Shown: positions 40,451-54,917 of the stretch, one piece after another
How the letters are laid out: every line of letters starts with the position of its first letter
How positions within the stretch are numbered: the first letter of the stretch is position 1
NCBI GenBank assembly: GCA_951406725.2
Contig: OX597829.1
Coordinates: 30,132,001 to 30,196,000 of the forward strand
Reading direction: 5' to 3'
Origin: Octopus vulgaris
Taxonomy: Eukaryota
DNA: 64,000 nucleotides
Program-made: the position numbers and the translations under genes
The notes under the pieces: generated by a model
Database searches by the model: none
The model's input: the letters and a program-made list of their open reading frames with translations, nothing else
Told to the model about the DNA's origin: nothing

Positions 40451-41381
40451 CGTTTCACAAAAGGGATGATAGGGGCTCAAGACTCCTGGCAGTTTGCTGT
40501 GCTTGAAAAGCCATGTCACGCTAATTTAAAGTGTGGTTGCCCTTGTATACAGGCTCATACCATGTAACCCTCTCCAGCTGAGCATCCCTAATTTTGCAGA
40601 CTCGTAGGTGCTGGTGCAATGTAAAAACACCCAGTGCACTCTGTAGAGTGGTTGGCATTAGGAAAGGCATCCAGCTGTAGAAACTATGCCAAAATAGACA
40701 TGGAGCCTGAGCAGCTCTTCAGCTGGACAGCTTCTGTCAAACTGTCCAACCCATGCCAACATGGAAAATGAACATTAAATGATGTTGATGATCATGAACT
40801 AAATTTTATTCAGAAATATAATGAAATAAATCATTAAAATATTTTGTGTGTTGTAGAAGTATAGCCAATTTATTGCACATAAGTTTTAACAAAATCTTGT
40901 AATATGGACTTCGCAAGACCCATATGGATCCTGGTTGAGAACAACTACAGTAGAGTGTCATAAGAATTAAATTTGACTGCTATTTCTGACAGGTCAAGCA
41001 ACGAGCAATTCAGCCTTAAGACTGTACTCTTATAGTAGTCATTATAGTTGTTGTTCTTGTTGTTTGTCTTGTTTTTGTTACAAAGGTTCACTTTCTCTTG
41101 ATAGCATGAAACAGGAAGAAGAGATAAGCATCAATTATCTTAGTTTTTTATCTCAAAGTTTCAATTGCAAATAATTGAGGGTCATTAAGAGTTTAATAAA
41201 TATCATTCTATCAATTGCATACGTGTGTATGGGTGGCTGCGAGACACAGGCTTGATTGTGTAGGTAAGAAATTTGGTTTCCAACCATATAGCTCCAGGTT
41301 CAGTCCCACTGCCTGGCATCTCAAGCAAGTGTCTTCTACTATAGTCCTGGGTGGATTTGGATGATGGAAATTGACAGAAGA

Positions 41382-41439
<58 letters not shown>

Positions 41440-41629
41440 ATCCAAACAAGAAAACACAGAAAAAAAGAGGTATGTATGTATGTATGTATGTATGTATGTA
41501 TTTTTGTATGTATGTATGTATGCATGTATGCATGCATGCATATATGTATGAATGTATGGGAACATGTATGTGTGTATGTATGTATGTATATATATATATG
41601 TATGTATGTGTATGTATGTATATGTATGA

Positions 41630-42752
41630 ATGTCTGAACATACTTTGGTTTTTTTCAGACGAGAAAAAATTCAGATGGTGAACATACAGAACAACTGTTG
41701 GCTTGATGTTTCCCCAAAATATGCACTGAAAATGATAAAAATCAAACATATAGTCAACATCATGGTGTTTGGAGTGATCACTAATGACGGCAACTTTATG
41801 CCTCCATTCATCTTCCCACACAGCCTCAGACTCAACATGGAAGCTTACATCAAGTGCCTGGAGGAGGTAGTGTTGCCCTGGGTTAAGGGGCTGGCTGCTG
41901 GAAGATGACTCTTGCAACAGGACTCTGCACCATGCCACACAAGCAGGAGAACCCAGTCATGGCTGTCAGATATCTGTGACCACATCACCCCTAACATCTG
42001 GCCACCTAACTCTCCACATTGATTATTATGTGGAGCACAGTCGAGCGAGAGACCAACAAGACTCCTTGTAAAACCAAAGATGAACTGAAGGCAATGATTA
42101 TTACAGCATTCACCAACTCAAACAAGGAGACTGTCCAGAAGAGTTGCAGGGGACTCCAAAGTCATCTGGAGGCCATGGTTGAAACCAATGGCAATTTTAT
42201 TGAATAATTTTACTCTTTACTCTTTTACTCTTTTACTTGTTTCAGTCATTTGACTGCAGTCATGCTGGAGCACCGCCTTTAGTCGAGCAAATCAACCCCA
42301 GGGCTTATTCTTTGTAAGCCAAGTACTTATTCTATCGGTCTCTTTTGCCGAACCACTAAGTTATGGGGACGTAAACACACCAGCATTGGTTGTAAAGCGA
42401 TGTTGGGGGACAAACACAGACACACAAACACACACACACATACACACATATATACATATATATGACGGGCTTTCAGTTTCCGTCTACCAAATCCACTCAC
42501 AAGGCTTTGGTCGGCCTGAGGCTATAGTGGAAGACACTTGCCCAAGATGCCACACAGTGGGACTGAACCCGGAACCATGTGGTTGGTAAGCAAGCTACTT
42601 ACCACACGACCACTCCTGCGCCTATGTGAATACTGTTTAGTATTTCAAGATGTTTTTATGTAATTTTGGTAAATATGTCTGTTAAAGTGAGATGTCAGTG
42701 TTATTTTCCCTTTTGAATAATTTAGACAATACTATATTCACTGCACCCTAGT
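41630..42752 (+). mobile_element. Second maT/DD37D-like transposon fragment, interrupted by a SINE (~42210-42625)
   Basis: FFSDEKKF, IMVFGVITNDGNFMPPFIFP, QQDSAPCHTS, WPPNSP. Confidence 0.8.
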
Positions 42753-43519
42753 ATATATTCATATATATATATATAAATATGTATATATGGGTGTATGTGT
42801 GTGTGTATATATATACATACACACATACATACATACATACATATACATCATATGCAAGCACACATACACACACACACACACACATATGCAGGCACACAAT
42901 ACCACATGCGCGCACACACACACACAGGGACGATATGAAATGCTAGATATGTTCATTCCAGAATTATATCCCTTGGATTGGCTGGTGAAATTGAATGCAA
43001 ACCCTATAGGCTAGGCCAATGTGCCAAGAGTCTTCATTGCATGAGTATGTAAATGTGTGCGGTTGAATGATGGGAGAGGGTGAGGGAGGGTGTGAGAGAG
43101 ATAATGAGGAAGGTGAGGAGGTAATTAGCTAGTTTGTGAAGGACAATTATATGTAAGCATGCATGTGTAAGTGATGTGCGGAAGAAATGTGATAAAATCA
43201 CAGAAAGGAGGGAAGTAAAGAGAGGGTGAGTGAGATGGAGTTGGAGGTAGGTAGATGAAGAGAGACAGAAGGGAAGATAGGGTAAAAATAACGATGATGA
43301 TAATGATGATGATGATGATAATAATGAGGATGATGATGATGATGATGATGATGTGGCTAAAGATTGATTGGAACGAAGAAAAGAGTGAGAGAATATGTAA
43401 CAAGGGTTAAGTATAAGAAGAGATAAATGTAAGAGAGTATAAAAGTAACTTTCAAAATGTCAAATTTACTGTCATTACAGTGAGGTGAAATTTGACCAAT
43501 TAGTCAAAATATATGGGGA

Positions 43520-45090
43520 GAATTCACAAAATAACAAAAGACGAAGGCAGGTGGTGTAGACAACAAACAGATGTATTAGTTTAATGCTCAGGAAGTGAAA
43601 AAGTGTTTTCAGCCTACGCTCTTTCACAGAAAGGAACACGGAAAGAAACATGGAGAGAAAACAGAGAATGTGTAGTGGCTAGTGATGTATCATGGCGAAT
43701 GCTGGACAGAAGGGGCACACAGAAGAGCTAGGAAGAAGGGGAGATAATAAAGTAGTGGTGATCCTAAAATGAAGGTGCTTGTGCATGTGTGTAAGAGAGT
43801 ATGTATGTGTGTGTGGAAGAGGGCTGGTGACCTTGACGTGTGTGTGTGTGTATGCGTAGGTGTGAAGATGTGGGGCTGGGAAGTGGTCAGTGTTAGTGTG
43901 TGCGTGGTAGTGTGATGTGATGTGTTGTGTGGTATGGTGGTGTACGGTGTAGTGGTGTGTGGTGTGGTGTGATGGTGTTGAGAGGTAGGGGAGGTGAGAG
44001 TGGAGAAAGCAAGTGTGGGGTGTGGGTAATGATGAGGGTGGGGGTAGAGGTGGGGTATGTGGGAGTGGGTGTAAGGAATGGGGTGGGGTGGGATGGGAAG
44101 GATAGGGAAGGTGGGGTTGGAATGTGTAGGGGTGGGTGAGGTTAGGAGGGAGGGGTGATGATGAAGGGGAAAGGAGATGGTGGGTAGGAGTGAAGAGAAG
44201 AAGTAGGAGTTAGAGCAAGAGAAGAGAGGAGGATGGGAGGAAGTAGATATGAGGGGGAGAGAGGCAAGGGGAGGAGAGTTGAGCCCATGTGGTGCAAAGG
44301 AGGGAAAAAAGAAGGTTAATCCCTGTTCACGACACAAATGGAAGTCCAGATGACCCCTGTGCTAGGACAATCCGAACACGGACAGGTGTTGCAAAGAGTG
44401 ACTGGTAGAGTGGGAATGGTGTGAGACCAGAGTGTCATTGCCGGGTCAGATGTCTTTGAGGTTAGCCAAGTGGCATCCCGTTTGCCCTATGTATAGAGAA
44501 AAGTAGAAAGAGCAGGAGATGCAGTAGATGACATTGGTAGAAGTGCAGGTAAAGGAGTTGATGATGTGATAGGGTCGATGATGGGTGCTGGTGAGGAGGG
44601 TGGTGTTGGAGAGGTAAGGGCAAGTGTGGCAGTATGGATGGGAGCAAGGGAACAAGCCAGGTTGGGAAGTTGGGTTAGGGAAGAAGCTGTGGACCAAGAG
44701 GTCTCATAGGTTGTGAGCTCATTCGAAGGATGGGAGGGGTCAGTTAGGGAAGATGTGCGAAGTGGAGGGGTCAGACTGGAGTTGCCAGAAGGCTTGGAGA
44801 ATGGTGCATTGGAGAGGTAGGGTGGTGGAGTGGTAGGTGAGGGAAAATGGGAGGCAGGAGATGGCGGGGCAGGTTCAGGGGGAGAGAACAGATGCACAGT
44901 CCACGGAACGTGCTCTGGCAAGGGTGGTGTGGATAGTGGTGAGGAGATATCCACATAGGATGAAGTGGCGAGCCATGAGTTGAGACTGAGTCTCAAAGTC
45001 ATGGTCGTCACTACAGAGTCTGTGTAGATGGAGGAATTCGGAATAGGGGATGGAAAGCTTGGTGTGTTTAGGGTGGGAGGAGGAGTATGG
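43520..45090 (-). mobile_element. Penelope-like element remnant (RT thumb, GIY-YIG endonuclease, 3' tail with hammerhead-like motif)
   Basis: SSHPKHTKLSIPYSEFLHLHRLCS (45138-44875) and FTCTSTNVIYCISC...LYIGQTG (44697-44446); frameshifted; low-complexity 3' region. Confidence 0.85.
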
Positions 45091-45139
45091 ATCTTTGGTC
45101 TTGTTCATGAGCCTGTTGAGCATTTTTTTCTTCCTCAAT

Positions 45140-46132
45140 CAGGTTGATTGATTTCAAAAGTTTTCATCAAACCAGTCCTGATTTTTGATCTTAGTGAAGC
45201 TGATGACAGTGTTTGGCATTTCTGCAACTTTCCATTCTTCATCAATAGACCAGTCATTGACTAGATTAGAACTTTGATATAGTGGTTGCTATGATATGGT
45301 TGGTTTTTTACAAATGGCAATGCTTTTACATATGGTAGCATTAATACCAGCAGTCATCAGCATAAAGGCCCAATTCGGTGACAAGGACATCTCTTTTGTT
45401 GTGTTGCTGTATGATGGCACCGTCTATCATTAGATGTGATTTCTGAGCCAGATAATGGTAGTAACTTCCAATGTTTAGACCACCTTTTCTAGGACCTTCT
45501 TCAATTGAGGTGGGCAGCAATATTACTAAACAGGCATGCTCAGATACAAATGCAGGACTGGACTCTTAATTGTCACTAGATCTAAATAGGATGACTTCCA
45601 ATGTACAGGTTTAGGATGAGAATCTTCCAGTTTGACCAAAATCTGCTCTTGTCATCCATTCCCTATCACCATTGGGCTTTTCAAAAGTTGGATGATGATA
45701 AAAGAAAATCAGAATAGAAGGAAGTGCTGATGACTTGAATTTGTTTAAGGTGGACCTTAATTTGCCAAGATGTGACCCACACACTTGGTTTCATAACCTT
45801 TGTCTGTAACACATATTGAATGAGTCATGCAGGATGCAGTTTTAAAACTGCTGATCTGGTTATAGTTCTGAGTGGTGCCTTCTGTAGCTTACCAGTTATA
45901 TATAGCCCTCTTCATGTTCTGGTTCAACCACTGAGATCGGTTGCAATCATTATCCATTTGTTCCATGATAGGGGTTCTTCAGGGATTGGTTGCACTTAGT
46001 CTAGATCCTTGTCTTTGACCTTGCCACCAAGGGTGGCCTTACAAGTGATTTAAGACTCTCGATAGAAGTGCTTTCAGAACCATTGGTCCATGCAAACCCC
46101 TCCATTATGATCAGGAGTGACCGTCAGAAGGG
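45140..46132 (-). mobile_element. Decayed RTE-type 5' UTR and endonuclease region
   Basis: Reverse complement of 45960-46132 resembles the conserved RTE 5' leader (...ggaggggtttgcatggaccaatg...aaggtcaaag...agactaag); heavily mutated. Confidence 0.45.
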
Positions 46133-46147
46133 TATATATATATATAT

Positions 46148-48843
46148 AAGGGTTATGACTTTTTGATTATTTTGGAGGTAAACAATTTCCTGGATCAAGT
46201 CAAGGAACAATTTCATATAAGTAAGGAAAATAACTTTTATTTTAATTTAAAAAAAAAAAAAGCGTCACCCTCAACTGAAGAAATCTAACACCACTTTTGA
46301 CCCAAATCATGCAAAATTTTAGGGGGCAGGTGTTTCATAATGCCTACACAAGTTTTTACCAAACTTGGTGCGCTGACTAAATGCAATGCAGAAGCAGTAT
46401 ATCTCAAATTTCAGCTTTCAAGTTTAAGTAATTTAGGAGTTATAGAGTTTTTAATTTGTTATCACTTAGGCCCTACTTTAGGAAATATCCTCTTCCTCAC
46501 CTTTTTATTTCTGTGACACTAAAAACTCTGACTATATCAAACTGTTTTTCAGAGTAGTAGGCTTATCTAACTAGAGTATCTAAAATAATGTCTCATAAGA
46601 GAAGTGTTTGTGTCAATCAAAGGAAAAAAAAAATCTGCATGAAGAATCTCATGCAATTTCAAGACTCACATAGGAAAAGAAGACCTGTTCCTTTAGAAGA
46701 GCATTCTTTGGAAAACAACTGCAGGATACCAATGAAACTTCAAATTGTTGGTCACTACCTGTTCCTTGAAGGTACCATCAAAGGAAGGAAAGGAAGAACA
46801 AAGGAAATTTCTAAAGAAGTAATTTTTTATGGCAAAAGAAATTAAATTTCCCATATTTATCAATTCAAAATGTACAAGCAAAAGTAGAAAAAGTGCCAAG
46901 TACCTACGATAAATGTGTGAAACAAGGAAAATAGAATTCCTGGAAAGGAGTTTTTGACATCATAAAGGAAAAGAGTGACTGACTGCAGTGAGGATAGAAG
47001 GTTATATTATCTTCAAATTGAAAGCAAAGGACATGTTGGGTATGCAACTGGAAAGGCAGCCAGTTCCAAAACTACCCATCCATCGAAAAGAAGAAAAGTG
47101 TCCTTAATGTGAACTTCAACCAGAGCAACTTCAGTGTTATTGTCAACGTCTGAAGCAGAGACTGAAAGTGAATAACAAGAGTCTGCAAAATCAGTTGAAG
47201 AAACCACACAAACAAAGAGGAAGTATAACAAAACTGGAACTGCAACCAAGTTAGTAATATCTTCCAAGTTATCAATCCAAAAAGTAGCAACAATTTGTTG
47301 ACAATTATCTCAAGATGGAGTCAATGTTGAGACTTTTTCCCAATCTGGTATTTACAAATCAACAATCAAAGAAGCTGTTAAACTAAAAGAGAAAATGAAG
47401 AAAACACTACATTTAGAAAACTGATCATTGCGTTTTGATAGAAAACGTATTGATAACCAAGAATATCAAGTGCTAGTTTTAAAGAATGAGCAGGGGGAAG
47501 TTAAGTTAGAAGCACTCCAATTACCAAGCAGAAAAGCCGATACTGTTGTGAAAGGAATAACAGCTGTTTTAGTTGAGTACAATTTATGGAACTGTGTAAA
47601 GATGATTGTTGCTGATACAACAAGTGTGAACACTGGGAAAGGAAATGGCATTATTGCTCAGTTGCAAAGACTGTTTGTTCAAAAGGGTTTGAAAGAATAG
47701 CAATTTATTGGTTGTCAGCATCATATCCTTGATAGAACTCTTTGTGTTGTGATGGATAACAAACTTGGAGAAAAAAGTCATCTCCCAATATTGAATATAC
47801 ATTTATCCAAGAGCTTCTAAGTAATTTCAACAGTGGTGAAGAAAAGATTACTGAATCAGCAGGATGGTGAGATGACATGAAATTTCTATTTAATTTGATC
47901 AGAGGTTTTTGTTTATTTGAAGAAACTGGAAAATTTCCTACTGTGAAGTTTCAAAAAAATAACCATCTTAAGTCATGTAAGATGGAATTCTCAAACAATA
48001 GCAGCTCTTTTGGCATTTATTCTTCTACCAGAGTAAAGACTTTTGCTTCTCAATGTTTGCTGATTCATCTCTTACAGCTGTAAAAAACTCTGTAAAAAAC
48101 TTTTTAGTCGAGAACCATCAAAACTGGAAATTCCCAGGACAAATCAGAGTGCAGAATGGGCAATCAAATGCCTTCAAGATCTTTATGACATTAATAAAAA
48201 GGAGGAGAAACTTCAGCTTTGATTTATTTTATCTAACAAAACATATTAATTCTCTGTTATGTTTAAAAATTTGCTAACATTCAGTACCCGTTTTCTTATA
48301 CAGTTATTTAAAATTGGAATTAAACTATGAAGTTAAAAATATGTATTGCTTTTAATTTTGTATATTATTTGAATACTTGAGTGACCTCTGTCTTAAAATA
48401 ACCTAGTTTTGAACCTTTGCAGAGAGCAATTTCAATTCAGTAATCTCAAAAATGCATAAATGCACTTTTATTTCACAGCTCTGTTGCGTTTACAAGGATT
48501 TAGGCAATGAAAATACTGAAGTGTGAATCTAGTGCCACTTAGTGATTATAGTTTTAAAAGTCCATAACTCCGAAACTACTTCAACTAGAAAGCTGAAATT
48601 TCAGATATACTATTTCTGCATTGCACTGAGTCAGCACACCAAGTTTGGTAAAAAGTTGAACAAGCGTTATGAACCCCACTAGAATTTTACATGATTTGGG
48701 TCAAAAGTGATGATCAATTTTTTTACGTTGGGGGTGACATTTTTTCAAATAAAGCAAAATATATGTTAGTTTCCCGATTTTTATGAAATTATTCATCGAA
48801 TTACCGTATAGGGTTACTAGGTAATGAAAAAGTCATACCCCTA
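46148..48843 (+). mobile_element. DNA transposon with ~310-bp TIRs and a decayed DDE transposase (hAT superfamily, hATm-like)
   Basis: Ends AAGGGTTATGACTTTTT / AAAAAGTCATACCCCTA; long inverted arms; RFDRKRID...ADTTSVNTG..NG...IGCQHHILD; multiple stops. Subfamily is inference. Confidence 0.8.
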
Positions 48844-48887
<44 letters not shown>

Positions 48888-51159
48888 GCACATACACATA
48901 TCATACACATATATATACACATATATGCATATATATATGTAAATTTGTGTGTGTATATGTGTTATATATACATGTATATACATATATTAAAGGAAGAGTG
49001 AAACAAAACCAAGGCAGGACAAGCTTAGATCATTTTAAAATATTTTAATTGATGTAAAGGTTAATTAAAAGTCAGGAAAAGTATATGTATATATATATAT
49101 ATATGTGTGTGTGTCTACACACACACACACATATTATACTTCACTCATGACATCCAAAAATTGTAAAACAAATGTTGCTTTTACAAGTTGACTTTTAAAG
49201 ACAACACCCACTCCTAATTTTGTTTTTATTTTCAAAACTATTGGATTAATTGATACTACTGGAGTTACCTCCCTTGACTGTTACTTTTAAATTTTAATTG
49301 CAATGATAATTTAATCAGTTATCTTTTATCTTTTACTACTTTTAGTCGGTAGACTGTGGCCATACACCACCTAGAGGAATTTTTAGTTGAATGTATCGAC
49401 CCAAGTACTAATTTTATTTCAAAGTATTGGTTCTTATTCTATTGATCTCTTTTGCTGAGTCACTATCTTACAGAGACATAAACACACCAACACTGGATGA
49501 TAATGGTTGTCAAGTTGTGGTGGGGTGGCGAAAAACACATACACACAAAGAGACACACACATATGTATATATATACATATATACAATGGGCTTCTTTCAG
49601 TTTCCATGTACTAAATCCACTCACAAAACTTTGGTATGCCTGAAGCTATAGTAGAAGACATCTGCCCAATGTACCGTGTAGTGGGACTGAACTTGGAACC
49701 ATGTGGTTGGGAAGTAAGATTCTTACTGCACAGCCACACCTGCGCAGTTTTTCAACTCACTATATATATGTGTGTGTGTGTGTGTGTGGTGCACTACTGT
49801 GTGTATGTGTGTGTGTGTGATTGTGTGTGTGTGTGTGCATGTGTGTGTGCATTTGTGTGTGTATTTATACATACACACATGCACACAACAAAGACATCCA
49901 CATGCAGTATGCAGCAGAGCATCACATATGTCTGCTGTGTGTGTATGTGTGTGTGTGTGTGTGTGTGAAAGAGAGGGAGAGAGAGAAAGAGAGAATCTGT
50001 TTGTATTTCTATCACTCTCTCTCTCTCTCTTTCTCTCTCCCTCTCTCATTGCATGTGTTGTCCTATGACTGTGTCAGTTGTACGAACAGAAGGGAAGACT
50101 TAAATGCTGTAGAGAAAATTAAATTAAGCCATGCATGATACAAGTATTATAAAAAAACATCAATTGACAATATGTAATGAAAAGGTGCCTGATAAATAAT
50201 TTGGAAGGGCAATTTGAAGGATAAAAGAGTTTTTAAAATTTTGTTAAAAAAAAAAACATTTTATAATTTTGTTTTACATTTACATTTTATAACTTTTTTG
50301 TCGTTTGTGTGTGAAAACTTAACCTACATATTTCAGATGAAGGTCAGGTCTTGTGAATAAATTTTTGTAGGAAAAACAAAATGTCCATATTACAGCAAGT
50401 TGAGTTGTAGCAGCAATGGAGGCAATACTTTGTGTGTCTCCCTGATTTTGGGAATAGATACACTGTATCTCAGCAAGTTGTATTGTAACGGGTGACAAAA
50501 AAAGGGTCGGCAACAAGTAGAGGCATCAGAAAGGACCACCAACTCATACCAGCATGGAAAAGTGTTTTTGAAATGAAACACTGATGATGATGATGATGAT
50601 GATGATGATGACGATGACAATGACGACGACGATGATGACGGTGGCAGTGGCGGTGGTGGTGATGATGATGATGAGTAATGATGATGATGACAACAAGGAA
50701 GCGGAGGCTAGAGGTAGTGGTGTTGATGGTGGTGGTGGTGGTGGTGTTAACGATGGCAGCAATAACAGTGGTGATGATGAAAATAATTATCACGAGCATG
50801 ATGATGGTGATGATAATGATGATGATGACAATGATGATGGCAAACAGTGAGAACAGTTATGATGACAATAATACAGTAAGGTGACGATGATGATTATTTC
50901 CAGAGACAAGTAAAGAAAAAACAAACAATGCATCTAATACTTAATCTTCTTCAATATGAAAGAATATGTATGTAATGTATGTAATGTATGTAATGTATGT
51001 AATGTATGTAATGTATGTATGTAATGTATGTAATGTATGTATGTATGTATGTATCTATCTATCTATATATAAATCTATATATATATATATATATATATAT
51101 GTATACATACATGTATATATGTATATACATATGTAAATATATATATATGTGTATATATG

Positions 51160-51196
<37 letters not shown>

Positions 51197-51371
51197 TTTT
51201 ATCCATTTTTTTGTTTCAGTCATTTGACTGTGGCCATGCTGAAGCACTGCCTTTAGTTGAACAACTCGATCTCAGGACTTATTCTTTGTTAGCCTAGTAC
51301 TTATTCTATTGCTCGCTTTTGCTGAACCGATAAGTTATGGGGATGTAAACACACCAACATCAGTTGTCAAG

Positions 51372-51402
<31 letters not shown>

Positions 51403-52275
51403 ACATAATATACAACTTCCCTTTCAATCATGTCTAACCTAGTACCAGAATGCATCATACTTTCACTAATTGCTTTCAGTGCTTATGTACATATGAGCAA
51501 ACACATATAACCCTTCTCAGTCACCACTCCCCCACACCACCACCACCACCACCACCACTGCTCTTTGATCCAGCAGAACATCCAGGATTTGACTTGTGAA
51601 TAAAAGGAGAGTGAGAAGGAGAGTAGCAACAGTAGTGAACTGGTACTATTATTATTCATTGAAAGGCAAGATGAAAAGTAAAATTGGTGCTGGTGATTTG
51701 AACCCAGAGCACACAGAATTGGAGCAAACATCACAATGCATCCTATCGAATGCTATACCAATTCTGTCGAAGTGCATTGGAACTAACATGTCTGAAATGT
51801 TGGCTGCTTTGCTTGTCATGCAGAATCAGCTTTCCCTCTAACCCCCCCCCCCCCTTACCACCACCTTCTTTTCCTCCTCTTCCTCCTCCTCCTCCTGTAA
51901 TTTTATGCCCTTATTCAGAGGAAACAGCTTTTCTCATATGTCTGTTTCACTAAATACATGATTATATTCAAAGTTTTATCTCTTTTATTTTAGATTTTTC
52001 AAAGATTCTTTATTAGCTTTCTACAATTGGATTGTAACACAATAGACTTCCTAAATCCATATCTGAGGTTTCTAGACTTTGACAGTCTCATTTTCAAAAA
52101 TGCGTTGAATACATTTGGCATCTCTGTTGTTTCTTATATACTGAACAAATTCACGTAAACTTTTTCACCAAACGTTTCTTTGAAACTGTTAACATTATGC
52201 ACCAATCGTCACTTTTTGATTTGTTTGTTATAGTCAATACATACATAAATGATTGCATGCATTCATGCATCAATC

Positions 52276-52670
52276 TATACATACATACATACATACATAC
52301 ATACATACATACATACATACATACATACATACATACATACATACATACATACATACATACATACATACATACATACATACATACATGCATGCATGCATGC
52401 ATACATACATACATACATACATACATGCATGCATGCATGCCTGCATACATACATACATACATGCATGCATACATACATACATACATACCTACCTACATAC
52501 ATACATACATACATACATACATGCATGCATGCCTGCATACATACATACATACATACATACATACATGCATGCATGCCTGCATACATACATACATACGTAC
52601 ATACGTTCATACATACATACAGACATACATATGCAATACAAACACAAACACACACATATACATAAATACA

Positions 52671-52700
<30 letters not shown>
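52276..52700. repeat. (TACA)n/(TGCA)n compound microsatellite, representative of many (CA)n, (TA)n, (GATA)n, (TAA)n and (CCA)n tracts
   Basis: Direct inspection; similar tracts at 1-200, 270-365, 15680-16035, 29805-30022, 34190-34740, 35130-35390 and 36065-36575. Confidence 0.95.
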
Positions 52701-52702
<2 letters not shown>

Positions 52703-53652
52703 AATGGAACAGACAAGAGAAGAGAGGTGAAAGAATAGATGTTTATTCCATTTCTTTACAGCTGTTTCATAATCTTGTTATATAATAAATATTACACTGA
52801 CGTTTGCACATATAAGTGTACTGAGAAGTAAACAGATTAGCATTGTGAATGATACATTGAATGTCTATTATTACTATGTATGTATGTATGTATGTATGTA
52901 TGTATGTATGTATGTATGTATGTATGTATGTATGTATGTATGTGTGTGTTTGTGTTTGTATTGCATATGTATGTTTGTATGTATGCTCATTTGTATGTAT
53001 AGATCAATACAAGCATTTATGTATATATGTGTATACATATGTAGGTATGTATGTAAGAGAGAGAGATAGTGATAGAGATAGCTGGAGAAAAAGAGAGAGA
53101 GAGAAAGGAAGAAAGAAAGTGGTAGAAAGGGGAGTGAGAGAGAGAGAGAGAGAGAGAGAAAGAAAGAGAGACTATAACAGTATTATCAATTACCACAAAG
53201 CTCATCGAATGTGAAAATTTGTTTTCATTGATATGTGTATTAGATAACTCACTGCTTCATAACATGCACACACACATGCATGCACACACACACACGCACA
53301 CACACATAACACAACTATATTTACAATTTATAACATGGAATTGTGTATGCTATAATTTCATATACTTGTCTATAAATAATGGTAGGCCTGGGTGATAAAT
53401 AGTAAGATTGATATCTTCCCAAATGGACACTATCTACCTATATTAGAGATGTCAGCCATTCCCAGACACCCTGTTTGACCTTTCTAGCTTATGAGTGATT
53501 CCATTGTTGGCATCCATATGAAAGACCAGAACAGATGTGTGCATGTGCATGTTGTATGCATGTTTGTATGTCCGGAATGGGTGTGTGTTTGAGTGTGTAG
53601 TGTATGCTTGAGGGAAATTCCTCTCTCTCTGTTATATATACATAAATACAGA

Positions 53653-54475
53653 TGTAGTGGATAACAGCTAGCCTTCGGCTGCCCTTTTGGACCCTGTTGT
53701 GTCCACTACACTGATTGGTTGGTATTGGTGCAACTTGTCTCTTGCTCTATTGCATGCCAATATGCAACCCAACCAATCACAGCCTTCCGATAAGGTCACA
53801 CGAGACAGTCTCTGCTAAACCTCCAGTGAGCTGACTGTTCTCTATAAAATTCTAACCTCACATCGAGTTGAGATCTTTCAGTTCCAGGCCTTTTAAGGTC
53901 TAGCCACACAGGATACAGCCAGTTCCAGCGACAACACAACAGCAGCCATGTGGAAAGTCACCAACTTTGTTGAACAGCATTCGGCGACCTCCATCTCCGT
54001 CGCCACCATTTGTCCCAACATCAACATCTCTCTCCGTACTCACACTGGTTACAACACTGCAATTTTCATGAATTATTTCACCATGGATCAACAGCAAATA
54101 TACAACCTGTGAGAACTCCTGTACCAAGTAACCCAGGCAGCAGCTTTACAGCCACAACTTTGTACAACACATACTGCGCCAGCTCTGCACCATTGCCGCA
54201 ACTTCTTGATACAGCATTTCAACTATCATGTCCTTGGCTACAAACTGGTATTTATCATCCTAGTGTCTGAACATTCTTCTAACATTATATTATAGACTCT
54301 TTCAATGCTTTGTACTTATTGCTCACGCATACATCCATGTTTGTACACACACACTTTGTGTCTCTCTTTTCCTTCTGGCACATATATGCATTTATCCTTT
54401 TCGTATTTATTGTAATTGACTGTGTGATGTGCAAAGGAGCCATTCTTGTCACCTCACTTCGCACGGTCGCTTATA
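53653..54475 (+). mobile_element. Solo-LTR-like element
   Basis: Starts TGTAGTG; ATTGG/CCAAT boxes; TATAAAA at ~53843; ends ...ggtcgcttata (degenerate ...CGCTACA). No internal gag/pol seen. Confidence 0.45.
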
Positions 54476-54477
54476 AG

Positions 54478-54917
54478 TGTGTCTAGAACAGATGTGTACT
54501 TCTATGTGTCTAGAACTAGTGTATGATCGTATGTGTCTAAAACAGGTGTGTTTGTATGTATTAAAAAACAGGTCTGCATTTGTATGTGTCTAAAACAGCT
54601 GTTTGTGTATCTCTAGAACAGGTGTGAATATGTATGTCTAGAACAGATGTGTGCAGCATGTGTCTAGAACAAATGTGTGTTTGTATGTATCTAGAACAGG
54701 TGTGTGCTTGTATGTGTCTAGAACAGATGTATGTTTGTATGTGTCTATAACAGGTGTGTGCTTGTATGTGTCTAGAACAGGTGTGTACTTGTATTTTTCT
54801 GTAACAGATGTGTGTTTGTGTATCTCTAGAACAAGTGTGTTTCTGTGTGTCTAGAACAGATGTGTGTCTGTATGTGTCGAGAACGAGTATGTGCTTGTAT
54901 GTGTCTAAAACAGGTGT
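54478..54917. repeat. ~30-bp minisatellite (tgtgtctagaacaggtgtgtgtttgtatg) x~15
   Basis: Regular TCTAGAACA motif every 28-30 nt. Confidence 0.9.

Noticed and set aside
50371-50491. Plus-strand Cys-containing frame between tttgtag and gtgaca (KTKCPYYSKLSCSSNGGNTLC...)
   Set aside because: No recognisable homology, weak donor, no partner exons; RNA-seq would be needed.
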